Source of the DNA: Reclinomonas americana ATCC 50394
Lineage: Eukaryota
Length of the DNA stretch: 37,062 nt
Reading direction: 5' to 3'
Assembly: GCA_048213135.1 (NCBI GenBank)
Contig: PS015088.1
Span: forward strand, 1-37,062
Part shown: positions 11,390 to 23,487 of the stretch, piece after piece
Layout: each line of letters opens with the position of its first letter
Position numbering within the stretch: position 1 is the stretch's first letter
Notes under the pieces: generated by a model
The model's database searches: none
What the model was told of the DNA's origin: nothing
What the model saw: only the letters and a program-made list of their open reading frames with translations
Translations under genes and position numbers: made by a program

Positions 11390-14345
11390 GGGCCGCCGCA
11401 GTGTTCCAGCCGCTTCCACGCCACCCGCTGTCGGCGAGTCGTCCACGCCATCGAAGATGTCGCCGCCTGCTACCGCTATCCGACCTGCTGCAGCGGCAAG
11501 TGCGACGCTGCGATCCCCGCAAGTGGCGTCTCTCCCACCATCCTTGGCCGACAGCCTTCCTCTTGGTGCGTCATGTCGGCGTGTACGCGGAGAACCACAA
11601 AATTCCTGATGGTGTGGTGTTTGCGCAGATGACGACACGTCTCCGGCGCCTGCACCAGCGCGTCTTGCAGTTTGTGATGCTCGCTGGCCGCAAGATCTCA
11701 GCACTCGTCGAGAGTAGTTGCGTGGGCACAACCAGTGTCGCGAATGCAGGAAGAATCTGGTGCTTACATCCGCTTCACGACGCAGTCACGGCGGGCTGGA
11801 GTGCGTGTTGGCTGCCGAGTCCGTGGCCGGACGCAGTGTGCAGGCGCTGGCCACGTGCCTCGAGCGTCCAGAGCTTTTTGCTGCACGTTGCGTTGGCCAT
11901 CACGCCCGTCATCAATTCGTTGTGCTCACCCTCTCCAACCCAACCCAACCCAACCCACCAGTCACCGACGTCAGCTTGGCCTGTTATGTGTTGAGCGTGG
12001 CTGCCGACAGTGCGCATCCGTGGAACGCCACTGGATTCGCGCTGGGCTTCTCGTGCGACGCGCTGCAGGCGTGGAACGTGTCGGGCCGCAGCAGCGCATT
12101 CGGTGCGACCTTTGCCGGCGAATGTGCTCTGTCGCCAACTGGCAGTGCCGCTGCTGCCGCCATGGCTGTCACTCTGTCGTTGCGCCCTTGCTTCCCCGTC
12201 TCTGGCCAAGCGCAGAATGTGAACTGACTTGCTTGTCTTGGACAGAGATGCGCGTCGGTCCGTTCGCCAGTGCGTGGTGGTCATGCCCGTCGACGTGGTT
12301 GCCATGGAGAGCGCTGTGCAAGATGGCTCGTCTGGTGCGCCCGCTGAGTCTCTCTTCACGCTCCTCATCCTTCAACGTCAGCACTCAATGCACTGCTGCA
12401 GATCACCGCTCTGTGCGAATGATGGAGCCACGGCCGCCGCTCTTGCTCATCGCCGATTTCGACACGGATTTGTCGTCAGCCGCCGCTGGTGCGTGTCCCC
12501 TGTTTTGTGCTACTACTCCAGCGTCTTGTGCTGACTCGTCTTCAGACGATGCAGCAGATGCACGCTTGCCGCACATGGAGTGGGTGGACGAGAATCGCCT
12601 CATGTGTCTGGATGTCAACGGCGGCAAGTTGCTGTCGTTTGCGATCAACTGGCGCGATCGGTGCGTGTCTCACTCAGTGTCCACTATCGCTAGCTGTCGC
12701 TTATCTCTTTGCTCGGCACAGCTCTGTCAGCCGACCGACACAGTTTCAGGTGCCGAATGGCCGCTTGGTGAGCGCCTTTGCGCTGAGCGAGTCGCGTGAA
12801 GAGGTTGTTGCGCTGTGCGAGAATGTGGTGGTGGTGTGGTGCGTCCTTTTTCTTTGCCGCCTCTCCGTCCCTGACTGTCGACTCGTGCATAACGATCGTG
12901 TGGGGTGCAGGAGCTCGGTGTCGGCAGCGGTGCGCCGTTGCACACTGCCGCTGAACACGACGCTGTCGCAACCGACGCGCTTGTGGAACATGAGCATGAC
13001 GAGTGCGGACCACTTGGCCGTGTACGTCGAGCACATGCTTCCCGGCGCAGGTCCGTTTGCTGAGAATCGCGTGCTTGCCTCCCCCACGGTGGAACTCTCA
13101 CACTGGAAGAGTTGTGCAGATGGACCGGTGGTATCACTGCTCGCCGGCAAGAGTGCACGCAGCAACAAGGGTGGCGCACTCAGTTTGCTGCAGCGGCGCA
13201 CACTGCCCGACGGCGATGTGGTGCTCGGTGAGGACTACGTGGAGGCGTGTGCGGTGACGCCGCAGGGGTTGGTGGTGATGGCCAGCAGTGAGAAGGAGAC
13301 GGTGGAGATGTATTTGCCGATTCTGTCGGGTGGGTCGGTGGAGGTGTTGCCGAAGATGTGGGGTGAGTGGGGGTGGGGAAGGGGGAAGGGGAGGGGGTGG
13401 GGAAGGGGAAGGGGGAAGGGAAGGGAAAGGGGAAGGGGGTGAAGGGGGAAGCGGGAAGGGAGAGGAAATGGGGCGCACGATTTGGTCTGCAAGCAGAAGC
13501 TGCAGCTCGTTTGTCATTTCTCGTGTTGCCTGATCCGTGTTGCAGGTTCTTCGCTGCCGACACCACGCGGCAGAGAGGAAATGCGAGGAAGAGAGAAGGA
13601 GAGAAAGAATATGTGTGGGGGAGAGGCGGAGGAGAAGGATGAGGAAAATCGCAGCTGCATTCCCTTCTCCGCTCAGCATCCTCTTTCCACACTCAGCTTT
13701 CAACGTGTTCAAGTCATTCTCGTTATTGTTTTCTCTCTTGTTCTTCCGCTTTCTGCCGAGCTGTCTCCCTCTCATCGCTCTCTTCAGCCTCCCTTTGCGG
13801 ACTGTCTCCTTGTCTTACCGCTGCTTGCATATATTTCCATTCTCAGCTCTGTTTCGCCTCTTTTCTTGCCCTCCCGTCGATATCTTTCTCCCTCTCTTCC
13901 CTGTTTCTCATCCCTCGCTCGTGCTTCTCGCTGTCTTTTATCCGATTCCATCTTGCGACGTCGCCCCTTTTAGTCTTTTGTTGAGCATCTCAGTCTCCTT
14001 GTGTTCTTTCGTTTCATCTTTTCTCTCTATCCTCGTCCTCCCTTTATCATCTTCTGCAACTCTCCGTACTGGCTCTTGCGTATCCAACGTTGCAGTCTTT
14101 CCTCCCTTCCTTCCTGCTTCTTATCTCTCGTTCACGCAATCCCGGCCCTAGTGGTCTGTCGCCTTCTCTTCCTGGGATGCCTGACCTCCTCCTACCCCAC
14201 AGACCTAAAAACCATTGCGTTGTGCGCACATCCGACGCGGCGCCTCTTGCTGCAGTCGTGCGACGACGGGAGGATTGCGGTGTTTGTGGCCGCTGAGACG
14301 CTGCCGGGACGACAACAGGCGTTCACACCGCTGGTGGATCAGTGA
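11390..14345 (+). CDS. Multi-exon hypothetical protein, probably a divergent beta-propeller; 5' end unresolved (gap upstream)
   Basis: Inferred exons 11390-11565, 11629-11716, 11786-11886, 11962-12178, 12246-12334, 12402-12660 (possible extra 33-nt intron at 12489), 12722-12838, 12911-13362, 14203-14345; phases are consistent. Blade-like segments VEACAVTPQGLVVMASS and IALCAHPTRRLLLQSCDDGRIAVF. Confidence 0.6.
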
Positions 14346-14509
14346 GTGACTGGATAGATGGCGCGCGTCGTCTCGCCTTTCCTCTGTGGCCTTGGAGGCC
14401 TCAGAGATTGTCGGCGACGTGTGCGGGTGAGTGAATAAATGATAAAGTGGCTGTTTTCTGTTGGCACTGAGTACAATCTGTTCCATCTCCGGTCGCCACC
14501 TTTAGAGCA

Positions 14510-15370
14510 CTAGCTGTAATACCAATCGTCCACACCCTGCCGCATCGGTGGGTGACCATCGTCACCTCGCGGTGGTGGCCTTGATCCGCTGCCACCAGCA
14601 CCACCACTGCCTCCGGCGCCACCAGCACCGTCACCGGTTTGACGGTGGCGCAGTGCCTCGTCGCCATCGATCTCCTTGCGGCACACCGGACAGTTGTTGT
14701 GCAACTCCAGCCACGGCAGCAGGCACTCGTCGTGGAACCGATGATCGCATGGCATGCTGATGGTTTTCTGGCCCTTCCTGAACTGCTCCTGGCACACCGT
14801 GCATTCTTGGTCTGCGAGGTGAACGGGGAAGGTGGTGAGGGGTGGGGAAGGAGGAGGGAATAAGAGGGAGGGAGTGGCGGAGAACGAGAGTGAAAGACAT
14901 GTGCAAAACCAAAGAAGACGGAATGACAGAGAGAGCGATTGGGATGGGGAATCGAAAGAAAGCAAGGGGAATAAAGTGGACGAGACGAGGCAAAGACAAA
15001 GAGAGCGAGAGAAAGCATAAAAGAGAGCAAGGGGACACTCACACAGACATGTACAAGCCAGGAGGACGAAACGACTGAGAAGAGAAAGGGAGCGATAATA
15101 ATTGAAATGAACAAAGGAAGAACCGAAGAAATACGTGGGAGAGACAAAGAAGGATGCAAAGAGAGAGAAAGAGAAAGACAAAAAGCCAAGAAGACGAAAT
15201 GAGAGAGAAAGCGACGGTGATGAGCACAGAGAAAGCAAGAAGGAAAGCAAGGGCCACGCACCCAGATCTATGCATGGCCAAGTGCGAGAGGAAACGACAG
15301 AAACAAAAGGAGGCAGACAAAGAAAGGGACACTCACACATACACACACAAAGCCAAGATGACGTTACGCG

Positions 15371-15425
<55 letters not shown>

Positions 15426-16756
15426 GAGAGAGAGAGAAAAGAGACAGAGAGACAGAGAGAAGAGAGAGAGAGGGGAGAGAGAGAAAATACATGGGGCACG
15501 CACCCAAATGTATTCATGTCCAAGTGGGATCAGAAGAACAGAAAGAAAGAACGCAGGGAAAGACAGGAGTGAAGGAAGCAGCCAGCCACACGGAGGAGAA
15601 GAGCGCGCGGGAGAGGTGACGCAAAGAAGGAAAGAGCACACGAAGTGATGGAGCACCTTCCGGCAAATCCGCCGCCAGCGTCTCCTTTCTCAGCGCAGCA
15701 ATGGCTTCGGCAGTGGCCGGTGGTCTTCCAGTCGCTCTACCGGATACAATATGAGTACTCTTTCCCTCATGCGTCGCCGCCACCGCACCAAACGCAACTG
15801 ATGCTGATTCATCAACATGGTGATAATATCGTCCATGGAGCGCGCATGCATCGGCACCCCACCCGGCCCATGCACCGCCATCATCTCCTCCATGGGGAAA
15901 AACGGGAAGAAGCCCGGCCCACCAAACTGGAACCCTCCGTGACCACCGCCTAATACCTGCCGCATGAGCGCCTCGAATGGATTCGCCATCATGGCATGAT
16001 GCTGCGCCACGGCATGCGCATGCGCCTGTTGGTGCTGCTGCAAATGCGGAGGCGGAGGAGGTCCACCACCACCATGCATGGGCTGTGCTTGCGGAGCTGC
16101 TGCTGCTCCACCACCTGCACGTGCATGCTGATGTGCCGGCATTGGCGGCGGTCCCATGAACATTCCCATTGCCTGCTGCAGAAGCGCGCCCAGATCACCC
16201 GGTGGTCCATAATGATAGTGCATCTGCAGGCATCCATGTCAACAACGGATGGAAACACGATAGAAGAGAGCAATCGAAACTCCGGCTTGTGCTGCGGGCG
16301 GAGGTCCATATCCATAATACACCTCTTCTTCTCCCTCTTCTTCTTCTTCATCATCATCATCGTCGCCTTCTCCCGCAAAGTACTCGGCTTCTCCGCGACG
16401 ATACACGACTAAGGCGCACTTAGTTGTCAGTCTCCCAACTCAACTTGGATGAGCAATGCTCTCACACACATGAAATGACACGTTGCGCGCGCGCTCTTTC
16501 TCTTTTGTGTGTGTGTGTGTGTGTGTTGTGCGCAACTGTGCTCTTCTCCATCGTCGTCGTCTTCGTCGCCTTCCGCGCGAGGACTCGTTGTCAGTTGCTC
16601 GACAAACTCAGATCCGCAAACGACACAGCTGAGAGAGGTATGTGAGTGAGTGTGTGTGTGTGAGAGAGAGTGTGTGTGTGTGTCTGCGTGTGTGTACCTC
16701 ATTGTCGACTCGTTGACATTGGCCTCGTCTTGGCACCCGTGACACCAGTACCTCAT
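14510..16756 (-). CDS. RING-H2 E3 ubiquitin ligase, RNF126/RNF115-like (N-terminal zinc ribbon + C-terminal RING-H2)
   Basis: Exons 16756-16698, 16628-16537, 16408-16281, 16223-15799, 15736-15657, 14811-14510. N-terminal YWCHGC...CVVCGSEFVE, pre-RING PPATAEAIAAL, RING CTVCQE...PCDHRFHDECLLPWLELHNNCPVCR. Confidence 0.9.
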
Positions 16757-17041
16757 TTTTGTTTGAGAGACGCTCTTGCTCTTTCTTTGCCTCTCTCTCT
16801 TTCACTCTTTTTTGCCCTTCAGTGTTGGTGAGAGTAAGCAACGAAAGCGCGACTGTCTGACTGTGACTGGATTCGGCGCGTGCGAGCGTGTCCTGCATCG
16901 CTCGACGTTGCCAAAGGCTCGAGAAAAGACTGTGAAAGGGCCGAGTTGCCACGAAGGATAACAAAGTACGGCCACAGATGGACCCGCCGACGTTTCCTCC
17001 GAATTTTGTGATCGCTTTGTCAACTTGTTGCAACAAACACT

Positions 17042-17176
17042 TCGACAAATGCCCACAAATCGCTTGCCGACACACCAACAATATGCAAAACACATAATTA
17101 CTCTTCTCCAACAGTCATCTTCCCTTTCAGGAGACAAAGCCAATCAAACGCATGTTGGATGCAGATGGTGTCAGCG
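17042..17176 (-). repeat. Dispersed intergenic repeat, copy B (inverted)
   Basis: Reverse complement reads ccaacatgcgtttgattggctttgtctcctgaaagggaagatgactgttggaga...tattgttggtgtgtcggcaagcgatttgtgggcatttgtcg, closely matching copy C. Confidence 0.85.
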
Positions 17177-17294
17177 GATGGAATCCACCACAAGCACTTG
17201 CCGGCGTTTGCCAACAAGTCTCGCACAACCCACTCGTACACAGATAGCTACAATTACTGTCTGTCTCATGCCGATCTCGACCGTCGCCGTTGCC

Positions 17295-18362
17295 TCAGAG
17301 ACCGGCACTGCGGTGGAGCACGACCTCGGCCTCTTCGACAATGAAGCACCGCAGCACCATCTCTGGCAAGCAGCGCGAATCCGCGCACGCCTCGTCTTGC
17401 ATCTCGCAAATGGCGTCCATCGCCATGCGCGCCTGGTCGAGTTCGAAACGAGCGAGACCACGCGGCGTCGAGCAGATGCACACCGCCATATCCATGCCGC
17501 CGCTCACAATGTGCTCCCCGTCAGAGGAGACGGCGACAGACATCACAGAGTCGGTGCGCTCCTCCAACTGCCGCACCTCTTCGCCGCTCGCCATCGACCA
17601 CACACGCACAGTGTGATCAAAACTGCAACTCACCACGTACCGCCCGTCGGGAGTCACAGCCACCCCTTGCACCCACCCTGCGTGCCCCACCATGTTTTGC
17701 ACCACATCGCCACTCGCCACGGACCACACTCGCACCACGCAGTCCTGGCTTCCGCCGACCACGTGCTGGCCATCGGGAGTGCCAACGACAGAGCACAGCT
17801 TGCGAGTTTGACCCCGCAACTGTTGCACTTCCTCGCCACTCGCCAGTGACCACACACTCGCAGTACCGTCACCGCCACCACTCACCACGTGCTCGCCGTC
17901 GCTCGTGACTGCGACGCAGTACACGCCGAGAGAGTGTTTCTGCATTCGCCGCACCTCCTCACCAGTCGCCAGCGACCACACATGCACAGCACTGTCATGA
18001 CTGCCGCTCACAATGTGCTGGCCATCCGGAGTGACAGCAACGCACCGCACCCACGCAGCGTGTCCCCTCAACTGTCGCACTTGCTCGCCACTCGCCAGTG
18101 ACCACACACGCACGGTCTTATCATTGCTGCCACTGACAATGTGGAGACCGTCGGGAGTGACGGCCACACAATTCACTACATCAGTGTGGCCCTCCAACAG
18201 TCGAACCTCCTCGCCACTCGCCAGTGACCACACACGCACGGTCAAGTCGAGGCCTCCACTCACGACATGCTGACTGTCGGGGGTGACGGCGACTGACATC
18301 ACAGGTGCCCAGTGTCCCCCGAGGTATGTGGAAGCAAGGAAGAGAGAGGAGGTGTCGGACAT
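17295..18362 (-). CDS. WD40 array copy 1: seven ~42-aa WD repeats + conserved C-terminal motif
   Basis: Intronless ORF with repeats GHxxxVxxVAVTPDGQHIVSGSxDxTVRVWSLASG and tail ELDQARMAMDAICEMQDEACADSRCLPEMVLRCFIVEEAEVV. Start chosen by alignment with paralogs (catcATGtc). Confidence 0.92.
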   Translation of the reverse strand: MSDTSSLFLASTYLGGHWAPVMSVAVTPDSQHVVSGGLDLTVRVWSLASGEEVRLLEGHTDVVNCVAVTPDGLHIVSGSNDKTVRVWSLASGEQVRQLRGHAAWVRCVAVTPDGQHIVSGSHDSAVHVWSLATGEEVRRMQKHSLGVYCVAVTSDGEHVVSGGGDGTASVWSLASGEEVQQLRGQTRKLCSVVGTPDGQHVVGGSQDCVVRVWSVASGDVVQNMVGHAGWVQGVAVTPDGRYVVSCSFDHTVRVWSMASGEEVRQLEERTDSVMSVAVSSDGEHIVSGGMDMAVCICSTPRGLARFELDQARMAMDAICEMQDEACADSRCLPEMVLRCFIVEEAEVVLHRSAGL

Positions 18363-18895
18363 GATGTGCGTGTGCAACGAAGAAAGGGGAAGGGAGGGAC
18401 ACTGTGGTCCTGTTCTCATATGCATTTATCTGGGCGATGGTCTCCGTGAGTGCTTACTATGAAGTGGCGCCGGCGGGTGAGGGTGGCTTCTTTGCACACA
18501 GACGATCGAGAGACAGCGTTGTACATGTGCGTTCTCAATTACAACTTCGTGGTCACCGATGATGTCGATCAATCTCAATGAGGCAAAGTGCAGTTCGACA
18601 ACGCGTACGAAGAGTCGCGGACACCACGCCAACTCTCTCACCGGTGATCGCAGTTGGCGGATGCTGATACCGACGAGGCTGCAGAAATTGAAAGTGGATG
18701 CAGCCTGAGCAGGTGGTCGAAGCACATTGTGGTCGAAGCACTGGAAGAAAGAAGTCCACTCAAAACATAACAGTACAGTCATAATTCTCTCGACGACCAT
18801 GATCAACAACGCCTTTGGAGCCTGCGCCATGAGTTAGCCGATCGCCTGACACGTGCATGCGACAAGGGCCACTCACCAAACAATCCATCGGTTTC

Positions 18896-19954
18896 TCAGA
18901 GGCCATGACTGCGATGGTACACGACCGCCGCCTCCTCCACGATGAAACACCGCAGCACCATCTCCGGCAAGCAGCGTGAATCTGCACACGCCTCCTTATT
19001 CAGTTCGCGGATGGCGCGCATCGCCATGCGCGCCTGATCGAGTTCGAAACCGGCAAGACCACGCACAGTGGACCACACACGCACAGTTGCGTCATAACTG
19101 CCGCTCACAACATGCTGTCCATCGGCGGTGACGGCGACAGAAGACACAGTGTCGGTGTGCCCCTCTAGCCGTCGCACCTCTTCTCCGCTCGCCAACGAGC
19201 ACACTCGGACTGTTTTATCACAGCTGCCACTCACAACATGCTGGCCATCAGCGGTGATGGCAACAGAAGACACACCACCAGTGTGACCACGTAGCCATTG
19301 CACCTGTTCGCCAGTCGCCATGGACCACATTCGTACCACCACATCCCCACCACCACCCACAATGTGCCGACCATTGGGAGTGACGGTGAAATGCCAACCT
19401 TTGCCACGCAACCGTCGCACTTCCTTGCCAAGCGCCAGTGACCACACTTTCACAATCCCGTCGCCGCCCCCACTCACAATGTGCTCGCCATCGGGAGTGA
19501 CAGCGACACAGCCCACGCCGAAAAAGTGTCCCTGCAATCGCTGCATCTCCTTGCCAGTCCCCAGTGACCACACACGCAGAGAATTGTCTTCACTGCCGCT
19601 CACAATGCACCGAGAAGCAGCAATGATAGCAGCACACAATACCGCGCGAGTGTGACCCTTAAACTGCCGCACTTGCTTTCCAGTTGCCATTGACCACATA
19701 CGCAAGATGGTGTCATGGCCGCCACTAACAATGTGCTGCCCGTCGGGAGTGACAGCGATACAAGTCACGCGACGAGTGTGTCCCTCCAGTCGGTGCACTT
19801 CTTTCCCACTCGCCAGTGACCACACGCGCACGGTCAAGTCGAGGCCTCCACTCACAACATGCTGACCATCGGGGGTGATGGCAACTGCGCGCACATCATA
19901 CATGTGCCCGCGGATGCATTTGCACGACAGAGAAGAGGAAGAGGCGACAGACAT
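18896..19954 (-). CDS. WD40 array copy 2
   Basis: 352-aa intronless ORF with seven WD repeats and the same tail (ADSRCLPEMVLRCFIVEE). Confidence 0.92.
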   Translation of the reverse strand: MSVASSSSLSCKCIRGHMYDVRAVAITPDGQHVVSGGLDLTVRVWSLASGKEVHRLEGHTRRVTCIAVTPDGQHIVSGGHDTILRMWSMATGKQVRQFKGHTRAVLCAAIIAASRCIVSGSEDNSLRVWSLGTGKEMQRLQGHFFGVGCVAVTPDGEHIVSGGGDGIVKVWSLALGKEVRRLRGKGWHFTVTPNGRHIVGGGGDVVVRMWSMATGEQVQWLRGHTGGVSSVAITADGQHVVSGSCDKTVRVCSLASGEEVRRLEGHTDTVSSVAVTADGQHVVSGSYDATVRVWSTVRGLAGFELDQARMAMRAIRELNKEACADSRCLPEMVLRCFIVEEAAVVYHRSHGL

Positions 19955-20555
19955 GATGCGCGTGTGTGGAGAAGGTCAGAACGAGCTCGAAAGGATGCGT
20001 TTGTGTGGGACAGAGTGCAAACTGTGAAGGGAGACGTCGACGAAGTCTACGGAGCGCATTGACACGCCAGCAGCTGAGAGAGTATTTCTTCTCGCAGTGA
20101 ACGTCGCAGCGAGAGGCAGCTGGATCTCAACTTCGCGGTCACCGGAGATACATGCAGAACAGCATAATCAGCTGCAAAAGGAGGGCCATACGAACATTGA
20201 GGAGTGGATAAAGGGCAGGGCGATGCGGGCAGTGTATCGTGAAAGCAACAAGGTAGATGGTACCACCAACTCTTTCACATATGATCCCTGCTGGCTGCGA
20301 GGCGAGGCGGACGATGAGGCTGCAGGAAGTGGAGGTGGATGCGGTGAGGACTATGCCGATCCGGAGGAGTCGAAGCATTTCTTTATCGTAGCAGCGGGGA
20401 AAAGAATCCGTTCCCGACGACAACACATTCATGGTTCGCATCATCCCTCACTTTGCAACGCCTTGGGAGCCACCACGACTGGTCTGCGCCATGACTTAGC
20501 CATCGCCTTACAAGTGCATGCGACAAGAGCCACTCACCAAACAATCCCCGATTGC

Positions 20556-21632
20556 TCAGAGGCCATGACTGCGATGGAACACGACCGCCGCCTCCTCCAC
20601 GATGAAACACCGCAGCACCATCTCCGGCAGGCAGCGCGAATCTGCACATGCCGCCTCATTCATTTCGCGGATGGCGCGCATCGCCATACGGGCCTGGTCG
20701 AGTTCGAAGCGGGCGAGACCACGCACAGTGGACCACACACGCACAGTTGCGTCATCACTGCCACTCACGATGTGCTGGCCATCGGCGGTGACGCCGGCGA
20801 CACACTGCACCCAGCTAGTGTGTCCCGCCAACATTCGCAACTGTTTGCCACTCGCCAGGGACCATACACGGACTGTCTTGTCCTGGCTGCCACTCACAAC
20901 GTGCTGACCATCGGGAGTCACTGCTACAGACCGCACAAACCCTGCGTGTCCCTCCAATAGCAGCATTTTCTTGCCACTCGCCAACCACAACACTCGTACC
21001 GTCGTTTCTCGACTTGCGATCACAACACGGTCACCATCGGGAGTGACAGCGACAGAGTGCACCAGATTCGCGCTGCCCTGCATTTTCCGCTCCTCTTCTC
21101 CACTTGCCATGGACCACACACTCACAGTCCCGTTGCCGCTGCCACTCACAATGTGGCCACCGTCGTGAGTGACTGCGACACGGTACGCCATTCTTTTGTA
21201 CGAGTCTAATGTCATACGTCGTATCTCTTCGCCAGTCGCCAGCGACCACACGCGCAGTGTAAAGTCGTAACTGCCGCTCACAATGTGTTGGCCATTTGGA
21301 GTGACAGCGACAGACGCCACAGCAGCAGTGTGTCCCTCCAACAGCCGCACTTGCTCGCCACTCGCCACAGACCACACGCGCAAGATGTTATCATGGCCGC
21401 CGCTAACAATGTGCTGGCCATCGGGAGTGACGGCAACACACAACACTCGCCATATGTGTCCCTCCAGTCGGTGCACTTCTTTCCCACTCGCCAGTGACCA
21501 CACGCGCACACTGAAGTCATCGCTCCCACTCACAACATGCTGACCATCGGGAGTCACGGCAACACACATCACCGGTCCGTTGTGCCCGTGGAAGCACCTG
21601 GACAGCAGAGACGGAGACGAGCCGACTGACAT
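20556..21632 (-). CDS. WD40 array copy 3
   Basis: Intronless ORF from MSVGSS with seven WD repeats and the same tail. Confidence 0.92.
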   Translation of the reverse strand: MSVGSSPSLLSRCFHGHNGPVMCVAVTPDGQHVVSGSDDFSVRVWSLASGKEVHRLEGHIWRVLCVAVTPDGQHIVSGGHDNILRVWSVASGEQVRLLEGHTAAVASVAVTPNGQHIVSGSYDFTLRVWSLATGEEIRRMTLDSYKRMAYRVAVTHDGGHIVSGSGNGTVSVWSMASGEEERKMQGSANLVHSVAVTPDGDRVVIASRETTVRVLWLASGKKMLLLEGHAGFVRSVAVTPDGQHVVSGSQDKTVRVWSLASGKQLRMLAGHTSWVQCVAGVTADGQHIVSGSDDATVRVWSTVRGLARFELDQARMAMRAIREMNEAACADSRCLPEMVLRCFIVEEAAVVFHRSHGL

Positions 21633-22208
21633 GATGCGCGTGTGCGGAGAACAAACGAAAGGATTGGTGGGGGACATGGGATCAATGCAAAGTACTGAAG
21701 GAAGACATCGAAAAAGATAGTGCACGAGTCGGGCACGCTCTACGAAGCGCATTGAAGCGCCTTCGAGTAAGAGAGCATTCTTACACCAGACGGTCGAGAG
21801 ACAGCGTCGTGCATTCTCAACTTTGCAACGAGGAGAATATCGAAGAATAAGTTGCCGACGTCGATGGCACCACCAACTCGTTCACCTGCTATCGCGGCTG
21901 GCGGCGAACCGAGGCGCACGGTGAAGCTGACGAGGCTGCAGGAAGTGGAGGCTGATATGATGATCATCAGGAGGAGTCGAAGCAGCGGAATCCGTTCCCA
22001 ACAACAACATGGTTCGCATCATCCTCACTCTACAACACAGAACAGATACACCGGGTGGCGGGTGGGGGGAGTTGCGTCGTTTGCACAACGGAAAGCGAAT
22101 AAAAAAAGAAGGCCTTGGGAGCCACCACAACTGGTCTACGCCTTGAGTTAGCCGATCGCCTCACACGTGCAAGCAACAAGAGCCACTCACCAAACAATCC
22201 CCGATTGC

Positions 22209-23288
22209 TCAGAGGCCATGACTTCGATGGTACACAACCTCGGCCTCCTCCACGATGAAACACCGCAGCACCATCTCCGGCAAGCAGCGCGAATCTGCAC
22301 ACGCCACCTCTTCCTGCATCCCCCAAACGGCATGCATCGCCGCGCGGGCCTGATCAAGTTCGCGACGAGCGAGACCACGTGGAGTGGACCACACACGCAC
22401 TGTCTTATCCATACTCCCACTCACAACATGCTGGCTGTCGGAGGTGACAGCTACAGAAAACAGAGGGCCGGTGTGCCCCTCTAGCCGGTAAACCTCTTCA
22501 CCACTGACACGTGACCATACTCGCAAGGAGTTGTCGTGACTCCCACTCACAAAGTGCTGACCATCGGGAGTCACAGTCACGCAGCGCACCCCGCAAGTGT
22601 GCCCATTTAGCCGTAGCACTTCCTCGCCACTCGCCAAGGACCACACTCGCACAAAACAGTCCCGACTCCCACCCACAACGTGCTGACCATCTGGAGTGAT
22701 GGCGACGGAATATAAGTTGTGAGCTGTGCCACGTAACCGTCGCACTTCCTCGCCAGTCGCTAACGACCACACTCTTACAGTCCCATCACCATTCCCACTC
22801 ACTATGCGCTCACCATCGGGGGTGACAGCGACACAGTACTTGCAAAGACTGTTTCCATCCACTCGTCGCACCTCTTCGCCGGTCGCCAAAGACCACACAC
22901 GCAATGTGTAGTCATAGCCACCAGCACTAACAATACACTGAGAATCAGGAGTGGCAGCGACGCACAACACCCACAGAAGGTGACCCCTCAGTTGCCGCAC
23001 TTGCTCGCCACCCTCTAGCGACCAGACAATCACAGTCTTATCATGGCTGCTACTAACAATGTGCTGACCATCTGCAGTGACGGCGACACATGTCACTGCG
23101 TCAGTGTGTGCCTCCAGTCGGTGCACTTCTTTCCCACTCGCCAGTGACCACACACGCACAGTCCTGTCCTTGCTCCCACTCACAACATGCTGACCATCGG
23201 GAGTGACGGCGACTGAGCACACAGAAGCAGTGTGTCCTCCAAAACATCTGGAAAGAAGGAAGAGAGACGAGGTGCCGGCGATGGACAT
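22209..23288 (-). CDS. WD40 array copy 4
   Basis: Intronless ORF from MSIAGT with seven WD repeats and the same tail. Confidence 0.92.
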   Translation of the reverse strand: MSIAGTSSLFLLSRCFGGHTASVCSVAVTPDGQHVVSGSKDRTVRVWSLASGKEVHRLEAHTDAVTCVAVTADGQHIVSSSHDKTVIVWSLEGGEQVRQLRGHLLWVLCVAATPDSQCIVSAGGYDYTLRVWSLATGEEVRRVDGNSLCKYCVAVTPDGERIVSGNGDGTVRVWSLATGEEVRRLRGTAHNLYSVAITPDGQHVVGGSRDCFVRVWSLASGEEVLRLNGHTCGVRCVTVTPDGQHFVSGSHDNSLRVWSRVSGEEVYRLEGHTGPLFSVAVTSDSQHVVSGSMDKTVRVWSTPRGLARRELDQARAAMHAVWGMQEEVACADSRCLPEMVLRCFIVEEAEVVYHRSHGL

Positions 23289-23487
23289 GATGCGCGTGCG
23301 CACAGGGAATGAAGGGAAGGAACGGACGTCGGTCCTGCAGTGTTCATGTATTTTGAACGGAGAAGTCGATAGCGATGATGTACGAGTCGGCGCAGCGCAC
23401 ACTATGGAGTACATTGGAGTATAAGCAGCAGAGAGTGAGAGAGAGGGTTCATTGCATACAGACGATCGCGGTACACTCCGCGGTCGT

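Noticed and set aside
11248-11994. 248-aa ORF with a DCAF H-box-like LLPLSDLLQRQ segment
   Set aside because: Splice-phase analysis puts the real exons in other frames, so the motif is a shadow translation.
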